From positions 1-52,840 of IMG/VR virus record IMGVR_UViG_3300020202_000091: a DNA stretch of 52,840 bases; one strand, 5' to 3'. The first letter of the stretch is position 1, and each line of letters starts with the position of its first letter. The notes under the pieces are model-generated. The model was not told the DNA's origin. It did no database searches and worked only from the letters and a program-made list of their open reading frames with translations. The DNA is from a virus (Duplodnaviria > Caudoviricetes). Shown here one piece after another: positions 46,088 to 52,840 of this stretch. A program made the position numbers and the translations under genes.

Positions 46088-46237
46088 TTAACGATTAACG
46101 CCAGGCTTAAGTGTCTTTTCAAGTAGAAGTGCAAGCCACGTTGAAAGCGATCTGCGCTCACTTTGCGCGGCCATCTCTGCAAGGGCCTTTATCTCAGGCT
46201 CAACTCTCGTGATTATTGGGACCTTCTCTTTCTTCAT
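46088..46237 (-). CDS. Ribbon-helix-helix (Arc/CopG-like) regulator, 49 aa (not in ORF track)
   Basis: MKKEKVPIITRVEPEIKALAEMAAQSERRSLSTWLALLLEKTL: beta ribbon, helix, RSLS turn, helix. Confidence 0.8.
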   Translation of the reverse strand: MKKEKVPIITRVEPEIKALAEMAAQSERRSLSTWLALLLEKTLKPGVNR

Positions 46238-46247
46238 AATGAATAAG

Positions 46248-46276
46248 AGTGTAACACAATGATTTTTGAATTACAA
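46248..46276 (-). promoter_or_regulatory. Sigma70-type promoter for the RHH gene (nearly leaderless)
   Basis: TTGTAA-17 nt-TACACT, with the -10 box ending 10 nt before the ATG. Confidence 0.6.
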
Positions 46277-46405
46277 CAAAATAAATTCATTTCGAGATTC
46301 AGGTTTGGTTTCGATGCCTGTCGGGACACTAGACTCCGAGCCTATTGTTAGTCAAGAAAAATATTTAAGCACTAGACACCGATTAAATAACTAGTTGTTT
46401 AAACA

Positions 46406-46567
46406 CTATCTCCCCACCAACGCTTTTATTATCCTAAGCTCTCTCTCTATATCATCAAGCCTAGCAGCCAACCCCATAAGCCCCGAATAAAGATTATGCT
46501 TCTCGGGATCAATTTCGTGATTGGTTCTATTAAGGTTGTCTTTGAAACAATCGTATGGACCTGGCAT
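46406..46567 (-). CDS. 53 aa hypothetical protein (not in ORF track)
   Basis: AAGGAGGA RBS; MPGPYDCFKDNL...LDDIERELRIIKALVGR. Confidence 0.6.
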   Translation of the reverse strand: MPGPYDCFKDNLNRTNHEIDPEKHNLYSGLMGLAARLDDIERELRIIKALVGR

Positions 46568-46975
46568 AAATCCTCCTTTTTAAATACATGATAATTTGTG
46601 GGATTGAATACATCAACTCAAAACTCATCGGTTGGCACATGTTTTTAAGGCGTCTTCAAGGAACTGACTATCAACAAAATTAGCCAGTTCTATTAACGGA
46701 ATAATTACGTTTAGGATTAGCATTTCTCATAACTATATGCTATGTCAATAGGTTATACAATCAATGTCCGATAAGGTATCAAGTGTTAACAATTTGTAAG
46801 GTGACCGGATGGACCCGGCACCTATTGGATTTATTAGCGGTAAGGCTTAATTATATTTATATATCCCCAACTCACTCTCTCCCCCTCTGACCGGCGCCCC
46901 TCTTTTTAGCCTGGTTCCATCTACCTCCTTTTGGGGCCGTCCCGCGCCGAAGAGAAGTTTGAATAGAATCAAAGT

Positions 46976-48406
46976 GTGGATACGAATCAGGAACTTATCG
47001 ACGCTTTATCGACGCTGGATTCGCTTGAAAGGCTTCAAGCCGACAGAAGGCGTCTTTCGGGGATCTCCTACTACGTTCCAAACCCTATTCAGTTTAAATG
47101 CCACCAGTCAAAGGCTAGGATCATTCTCTACTCCGGAGGTAATCGTGCCGGTAAATCAACTCTTGGGGCTGTAGAGCTTGCCTGGCATGTAACGAAACGT
47201 TATCCCGACTACTTCCCTAAGGAAAGGCGCTTTAAAGGCCCCATAAAAGCTGTGGTTGTCTGTGACGCGAACCAGAAGATCGAGAAGGTCATTGAGCCAA
47301 AAATCAACGAATACCTCCCTAAAGACTGCATAAAATCCCGTAAAACCGTAGGTGGTTATCTAAACCGGATCATTTGCAAAGACGGCTCAACAATCGACTT
47401 CTTATCATCAGAGCAAGACGACATGGCCTTCGAGGGCGCGGATTGGCACTTCTACTGGGGGGACGAACCTCAGAAAAAGAAGAAATTCGACGCCATTATG
47501 AGGGGTCTCATAGACCACGGCGGGTCTTGTATTTTGACCTTTACCCCACTCGTTGAACCATGGATGAAAGAGGAGCTGATTGACAAGGCCGACGGACGGA
47601 AAATCGACGCCTTTATCGCAGATACCTACGACAACCAGTTTGACATAAAAGGGAATCAAATTTTAAAGCGTGAAAACATCGACGAGATGGCGTCCATGTG
47701 GGATGAGGACGTTAGGGATACTCGTATCCACGGGAAATTCTTTCATCTTCGCGGTGTCGTTTATCCGGAATTTGGGGAAATCCACCAAATAGAGTTCGGC
47801 TACGAATATCCGGACCCGGTAATTTCTGTTTTAGACCCTCACGACAGGCAGCCTCACCACGTAATTTGGGCCGTTTTAGACCGAAATGATGATCTTTTTG
47901 TCCATTCGGAGTTATCAATCCACTGCACCGTTTCAGAGCTCGCCAAACTCATAAAAAAGGTCGAAAAAGACAACGGCTACAAGATGAAGCGTAGATTAAT
48001 AGACCCAAATTTTGGAAGGAAACCACTCATCACGACAGGCCGAAACATGATCCAGGAGCTTGGGATAAATGGCTGCCCTGGGTGGTATGAAGCCGATGAT
48101 GCTAAGGAGGAGGGGCGTTTGAAGGTCAAGGAATATCTCCACTACGACAAGACAAGAGCCATTGATTTCACGAATAAGCCGAAGATTTTTTTTCACAAAG
48201 GCCGTGTTCCAAAGACAATCCACTCTGTTAAGAATCACCAATACGAGGAATGGGTTGGAAAGATCGCTGGAGAGCGCGACCCCAAGGAAAAACCGAAGGA
48301 CAAGGACACCCATGGGGCTGACTGCATCAGGTACCTCTGCATGTCAAACCCGAGATTTCAACGGATGAGAGAAGAATTGTATGAGTTGGAAGAAGCACCT
48401 TACTAA
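46976..48406 (+). CDS. terL: Terminase large subunit
   Basis: Walker A GGNRAGKS, Walker B WGDE, TFTP coupling motif, nuclease LDP and terminal D.H..DCIRY. Confidence 0.95.
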   Translation: MDTNQELIDALSTLDSLERLQADRRRLSGISYYVPNPIQFKCHQSKARIILYSGGNRAGKSTLGAVELAWHVTKRYPDYFPKERRFKGPIKAVVVCDANQKIEKVIEPKINEYLPKDCIKSRKTVGGYLNRIICKDGSTIDFLSSEQDDMAFEGADWHFYWGDEPQKKKKFDAIMRGLIDHGGSCILTFTPLVEPWMKEELIDKADGRKIDAFIADTYDNQFDIKGNQILKRENIDEMASMWDEDVRDTRIHGKFFHLRGVVYPEFGEIHQIEFGYEYPDPVISVLDPHDRQPHHVIWAVLDRNDDLFVHSELSIHCTVSELAKLIKKVEKDNGYKMKRRLIDPNFGRKPLITTGRNMIQELGINGCPGWYEADDAKEEGRLKVKEYLHYDKTRAIDFTNKPKIFFHKGRVPKTIHSVKNHQYEEWVGKIAGERDPKEKPKDKDTHGADCIRYLCMSNPRFQRMREELYELEEAPY

Positions 48407-49040
48407 CCTAAAAAGGCTCATGCTTGGGAAAAAACCCATGCCCGAACCCAATAACCCAGGCCGCAGGCCGGAGCACGAACCAATCGCCCAGATCATGCCT
48501 GTTTCCGAAGCCGTCAAAGCAATCCCAAAAGAAATGATCCAAGAGCTTGAAGATTATAGGTCGGTCAAGGCGCACAACGCGAAATTAGACCAAGACCAGC
48601 AGCTTGAACTCATGGAGTTCATCGCCCGTTTCGCCTCCATTGAAGAAATAAATGCCTATTTCGTTCCGACCCATGGAGTTTCAATTTCGCAGCCCCTTGT
48701 TAACCAATACAGGCACACGAAAAAGTGGCAGCCGATCATAAAAAAGCTGAGGGAAAAATACCTCATTTCGGAAGACGAGGTTCCGGGCTTTCATAAAAAA
48801 GTACGCATGGAGCGAAACGACAAAATATATGAAAAAGCCTTTAAAGACGGCGACCTAAAGACCGCCCTCCAAGCCAATAAACAGCAAAAAGAGGAAATGA
48901 CAAAAGACGAGGGGAATCTATCCCTCACTCTCAATCAATACAACTATCTCACAGACGAAGAGCTTCAGGAAAAGATAGCTGAGGCCCGTGAAAAGATAGC
49001 GAAACTTACCGCCGTTACCGTCCAAAAAGAGGAGAAATAA
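48381..49040 (+). CDS. DUF2280-like/terminase small subunit-like protein
   Basis: HTH-like IARF......G..IS...V.QY...KKW...R..YL.....VP..HK..R; coiled C-terminus with LTDEEL. Confidence 0.6.
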   Translation: MSWKKHLTNLKRLMLGKKPMPEPNNPGRRPEHEPIAQIMPVSEAVKAIPKEMIQELEDYRSVKAHNAKLDQDQQLELMEFIARFASIEEINAYFVPTHGVSISQPLVNQYRHTKKWQPIIKKLREKYLISEDEVPGFHKKVRMERNDKIYEKAFKDGDLKTALQANKQQKEEMTKDEGNLSLTLNQYNYLTDEELQEKIAEAREKIAKLTAVTVQKEEK

Positions 49041-51310
49041 TGTCGATAGCCTTGAAAGAAGAACTGAGGTCCGAGCCGCAGTCAATGGCTCCCATGCTTC
49101 CTGCACAAAAACCAACTCTCCAGATCACCCTAAACGAATCGCTTCAAAAGACCCTTGTGGATGTCGTTTTGGACGATTTTGATAAAGCCAAAAAAGACCG
49201 TGACGAGAGAAATTACGGAAAAACGTCTAAAGGCGAATCGCTTGAATTTGACAAGTGGTACAAGTCAATAAAAGACCTCTACGATGGAAACCGTGAAGCG
49301 AAAAACATCCCGTGGGAGTTTTGCTCGAATAGGTCTCTCCGTATCGCAACCGCAATTCTCGACCTCATCCATTCCCGCCTCTTCCCTTCTGTTTGGAATG
49401 AAGACCTGACTCGCTGGAGGCCTGGGAAGGAAATCGACACCCCAAAGGCAGAGAGAATAAAAAAATTAATGGATTGGTGGATTCGCGTCCACTCGCCACT
49501 AAAACCCTATCTCGATCTATGGACAAAGATCGTCGCCGGAATAGGTGACGGACTTACCGAAACCTACTGGGACGTAGAGGAAACCGTATCCAATGAGATG
49601 ATCGAAATTCCGGTTACGGATGAGTCCGGTGCTCCGCTCATAAATCAAGATGGTTCTCCCGCTGTAAATCAAGTACCCAAAGTGAATAAAACCGAGTCTA
49701 CAAAATCCCGCCTCATAACGAAAGACAACGTTTATTTTATGAAGGGTTCAAAAGACATTCAGCGAGACCCAGTAATCATAAAAGAAACATTTCTTTTCAG
49801 GGAACTTGAAGCGCTTGAGAGAAAAGGCGTCTGCGTAAACGTTACGGGAGAAAACGGCCTTGAGAAATACATCATCGTTCCAGAACCGTCCGGGGATATG
49901 GACGATGTTGAACGCGCAAGGATTAGGCGCATTAAGCTCAGAAACATGCCGATTGAGGTTATACGCGAGTATTTAAACTACGACATAGACGGAGTTGGTG
50001 TTGACGAGAATATCCGAATCTACATAAGCCCGGAATACAAAATTTACCTTGGTGGAGTCAGGATGAGGGATATTTCTAAATCTGGCCGCCGTCCGCTGGA
50101 TTTCACAAAATACGACAATTACCTGGATAGGCCGGACGATCTTGATGGAGAGGGAATACTGCACAAGGTCCGTGAACTCGCGGAAGAGGTTGATGCCTGT
50201 TTTAACCAGTTAACTGACGCTAACACGCTTGGCGTATTACGTCCTTTCTTCTACGACCCATCAGGCGACGTAGACGCCCCGGCCATCAAGCTTGGACCGA
50301 ATAAGGGTATTCCGGTAACGTCGCCAAGCCAAAATGTCTATTTCCCACCGTTTGAAATACCGACGGAAAGGCTCATCAACGCGATCCGTCTTGTAATGGA
50401 ATTTATCGAAAGGTTAACCGCAGCCTCCGAGTACATCATGGGCCGCGAATCAGGTGTTGTTGGTGGCTCCGGGACTGCAACCCGGACTCAAGCAATAGTC
50501 CAATCAGCGGAGATCCGCTTTACACTGCCATCCGAGCGGTTGCGTCTAGGGGCTGCCAACATCTTGACCCAGCATCTTGACCTTATCCAACTGAATATTC
50601 CAGAAGGCATGGAAGAGGAGATATTGGGTGAAAAGGGAGAAAGGCTTTTCCTCGATGGGGAGTTGAAGGACGAGGCCATAGCCGGGAAGTTCGCGGCCTA
50701 TCTCCTCCCCGACCCCTCCATGGGTTCAAAGCAAACCGAACGCGACTTAATGAACCAGCTTTATTCGATACTCATGCAAAACCCGCTCATCATAACGAAC
50801 CCGCAGAATGTTTACAGGCTTACCGCCTTATGGCTTAAGTCTCAAGGAAGGAACCCAGAGGAAATCTTAGGGCCTTCCCCGGTTATTGATGACATCACTG
50901 ACCCAGAGGACGAGAACACCCTCATGATCCAGGGAGACTTTGAGCGTGTTACGCCCACTTTCGCCGAAAACCACATCCTCCACATCATGAAACACATGGA
51001 GCTTCAGCAGTCTCCGCACTTTCAACAAATCGCTCTGACCGCCCCGCACCTAACAAAACAAATACTAGAATATAACCAGAATCACATACAGGCCCACATG
51101 GAAATGATGAAGCAAATCCAAGTGGCGATGAAGGGTGGTAATGGAGAACAGAATGGAGAGCGGGGAAACGATGGCGGAGAAGGCGGAGACTCTAAAACAT
51201 CTCAAGAGTCTAATGCAAACTCCGGGTTGGAGCAAACTTCTGGGCCGCTTGGAAAAGCTCTCAACGCTCAAAGAAGTGGAGCTTCGCAACCTTCTCAGAG
51301 CTCCGTCTAA
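49040..51310 (+). CDS. Portal protein (P22-like, long)
   Basis: 756 aa after terminase; G.GI, N.L.D, G......TAT motifs; Gln/Gly-rich tail. Confidence 0.88.
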   Translation: MSIALKEELRSEPQSMAPMLPAQKPTLQITLNESLQKTLVDVVLDDFDKAKKDRDERNYGKTSKGESLEFDKWYKSIKDLYDGNREAKNIPWEFCSNRSLRIATAILDLIHSRLFPSVWNEDLTRWRPGKEIDTPKAERIKKLMDWWIRVHSPLKPYLDLWTKIVAGIGDGLTETYWDVEETVSNEMIEIPVTDESGAPLINQDGSPAVNQVPKVNKTESTKSRLITKDNVYFMKGSKDIQRDPVIIKETFLFRELEALERKGVCVNVTGENGLEKYIIVPEPSGDMDDVERARIRRIKLRNMPIEVIREYLNYDIDGVGVDENIRIYISPEYKIYLGGVRMRDISKSGRRPLDFTKYDNYLDRPDDLDGEGILHKVRELAEEVDACFNQLTDANTLGVLRPFFYDPSGDVDAPAIKLGPNKGIPVTSPSQNVYFPPFEIPTERLINAIRLVMEFIERLTAASEYIMGRESGVVGGSGTATRTQAIVQSAEIRFTLPSERLRLGAANILTQHLDLIQLNIPEGMEEEILGEKGERLFLDGELKDEAIAGKFAAYLLPDPSMGSKQTERDLMNQLYSILMQNPLIITNPQNVYRLTALWLKSQGRNPEEILGPSPVIDDITDPEDENTLMIQGDFERVTPTFAENHILHIMKHMELQQSPHFQQIALTAPHLTKQILEYNQNHIQAHMEMMKQIQVAMKGGNGEQNGERGNDGGEGGDSKTSQESNANSGLEQTSGPLGKALNAQRSGASQPSQSSV

Positions 51311-51422
51311 CGAAAAGATGCTCCAGTCGATAAGGATGCAGGGTTTCATTGACGGGCTTAATGCGATCAAAGACGAAACGAAGCGGATGGTTAACGCCGC
51401 TGAAAGTGAAATTAACCCCTAA
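51171..51422 (+). CDS. Small conserved post-portal protein
   Basis: L..L..TPGW..L...QG.I.GL pattern. Confidence 0.7.
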   Translation: MAEKAETLKHLKSLMQTPGWSKLLGRLEKLSTLKEVELRNLLRAPSNEKMLQSIRMQGFIDGLNAIKDETKRMVNAAESEINP

Positions 51423-51433
51423 CGGGAGGACAA

Positions 51434-52246
51434 ATGCCTAAGGAACTCAAAGAGCAGGATGAAGTTGTAATAGAACACGAAAAGCCGGAAAAGGAAATCG
51501 AAAAGCCTGGTGTTGAGGTTGACCTTGATGCCAAGCCTGAGAAGAAAGAAGAGCCTCAGTATGTAAAGCTCGAGGAGCTTCAGAAACTTCAGAAACAGTT
51601 TAACGGAATCTCAAGCACGATCCGGCAGATAAAAGACATCCCCTCTAAAATCGAGTCCCTTGAAAAAGTTCTGAATTCCAGATTCGCCACCGCTTCAGAG
51701 AAAAAAGAAGCTAAGGATGAGCTTGATGAAATGCTCGAAAAGGGCGATTGGAGAACTCCTGTAAAACAGCTCGCGCAAAAAGAATTTCAGGAGATGATGG
51801 CCCGCCAGCAGGCTGAGTGGAGCGAGCTACAGGCGCGTTCTGTCAAAATGTCTACCCTCGAAAAATCAAAACAGACAGTCAGGGAAAGATACCCCGACAT
51901 TGACGATCCCGATAGCGAGATATCACGTAAATACCAAAAAGTATTAGCTGAAAACCCTCAGTACCTTCAAAACGAGTTCGGCCCCACCCTCGCCATGCGT
52001 GACATGGAAGATGAGCTTCGTCAGGAAGGGCGTTTGGATGAGTTTTCAAAAAAGATCGTCGAGAAAGAAATCATCCGTCAGACGAGGGCCGGTATAGGAG
52101 CTGTTCCCAAAAACAATGTCCAGACGAGCGGAAATAAGATCGTGTTGACCAAGGAGCAGAAGGATTTCTGCGATGCGAACGATATCAAATACCAAGACTA
52201 CGCTAAATTCCTGCGTGGCAATTCGAGGGAGGGTGTTTCTGTATGA
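51434..52246 (+). CDS. Capsid scaffolding protein
   Basis: GGGAGG RBS; acidic N-terminus, coiled coil, C-terminal LTKEQK.F...I...DYAK capsid-binding-type motif. Confidence 0.8.
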   Translation: MPKELKEQDEVVIEHEKPEKEIEKPGVEVDLDAKPEKKEEPQYVKLEELQKLQKQFNGISSTIRQIKDIPSKIESLEKVLNSRFATASEKKEAKDELDEMLEKGDWRTPVKQLAQKEFQEMMARQQAEWSELQARSVKMSTLEKSKQTVRERYPDIDDPDSEISRKYQKVLAENPQYLQNEFGPTLAMRDMEDELRQEGRLDEFSKKIVEKEIIRQTRAGIGAVPKNNVQTSGNKIVLTKEQKDFCDANDIKYQDYAKFLRGNSREGVSV

Positions 52247-52836
52247 AGCCGAGCCTTAAAGAGACCGAAGTGAGTGTTAAAACGGAATCGGCATCTCCCC
52301 TTGTTGTTATGTCAGAGATGGATGCTTATGTAAACGAGCGCGTAAAGTCACAGCCAAAATCTCTTGAAGAAATTCACATAAAGTCGGAGCGCGAGTTTCC
52401 CGAGGGAACCAGCGTTCTCCAGCTTCCAAAGGAACTTGAAAAATACCGTAAGAAATACGCCTTTAGGTGGCTCAACAAGAAAAAGCGCTCTCTTGATAGA
52501 GCTCTAGACGTTATCGGATGGACACTTGTTCACCGAGTTTATTTTAAAGATTTGCCGGATCATTTATTTACCGCTAACGGAGTTGTGGAGCGTGGCGATG
52601 CTATCCTTGGTTTCATGCCTGAAAAACAGGCCGCTGAAATCCGTCTTCGTCCCTCCAAACTCTCGCGCGAGAAAGTTAAGAACTTACCTGTCCAGCCGCT
52701 AGATAAGTGGCAAGACAGAGGTGAGAACTACTACAAACCGGATTATGGTTCCGCCGCGTCGGATAGTGATTCCGAATATTCAAAAGGGAACCGTGGGATA
52801 GTCGTTCAACCTGATTTAAAACAAATTGAGGACTAA
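52243..52836 (+). CDS. Conserved head-module protein
   Basis: FRW...GW..V...G...RGD.IL..MP pattern; lies between scaffold and decoration genes. Confidence 0.7.
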   Translation: MKPSLKETEVSVKTESASPLVVMSEMDAYVNERVKSQPKSLEEIHIKSEREFPEGTSVLQLPKELEKYRKKYAFRWLNKKKRSLDRALDVIGWTLVHRVYFKDLPDHLFTANGVVERGDAILGFMPEKQAAEIRLRPSKLSREKVKNLPVQPLDKWQDRGENYYKPDYGSAASDSDSEYSKGNRGIVVQPDLKQIED

Positions 52837-52840
52837 AAAT

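Larger units (their letters stand above)
1..52840. mobile_element. Near-complete temperate tailed phage genome, circularly permuted, podovirus-like architecture
   Basis: TerL, portal, scaffold, major capsid, tail and ejection genes, integrase and replication initiator are all present. No host housekeeping genes and no tape-measure-sized gene were seen. Confidence 0.93.

Noticed and set aside
32206-46377. Classical integron cassette array
   Set aside because: The repeats are 8-13 bp, occur in both orientations and lack attC hairpins, and no IntI-specific insertion is evident in the recombinase.
1-52840. CRISPR array, diversity-generating retroelement or retron
   Set aside because: No regularly spaced repeats, no reverse transcriptase and no adenine-variable repeat pair were seen.

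Overview
This window is an almost complete (about 52.8 kb) genome of a temperate, probably short-tailed dsDNA phage, opened inside the head module. Gene order runs from the window end (terminase, portal, scaffold) into the window start (decoration protein, major capsid protein). It has four blocks. (1) 46976-52836 plus 1-15252 (+): packaging, head, Ser/Thr/Gly-rich tail proteins with LamG domains, and ejection-type proteins. (2) 15249-16024 (-): an AT-rich moron whose secreted product ends in a copy of the phage's own scaffold domain. (3) 16096-28783 (+), with 29002-30617 (-): a large glycan synthesis cluster with two GT-C membrane transferases (TMTC-like, YfhO-like), a Dpm1/GtrB-like GT2, three more GT2s, an epimerase, a cupin, a deacetylase, two methyltransferases, three radical SAM enzymes, a GroES homolog and a DUF4430-like exported protein. 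(4) 28746-46567 (-): an early arm with a tyrosine integrase, a replication initiator, a split two-frame C5 methyltransferase, HNH nucleases, a 3D-domain hydrolase and a ribbon-helix-helix regulator. This arm also holds three tandem tRNA-like structured RNAs, an attenuator-like RNA and a strongly enriched CACTAGAC motif. All family calls come from motif recognition by eye; no database searches or folding programs were run.
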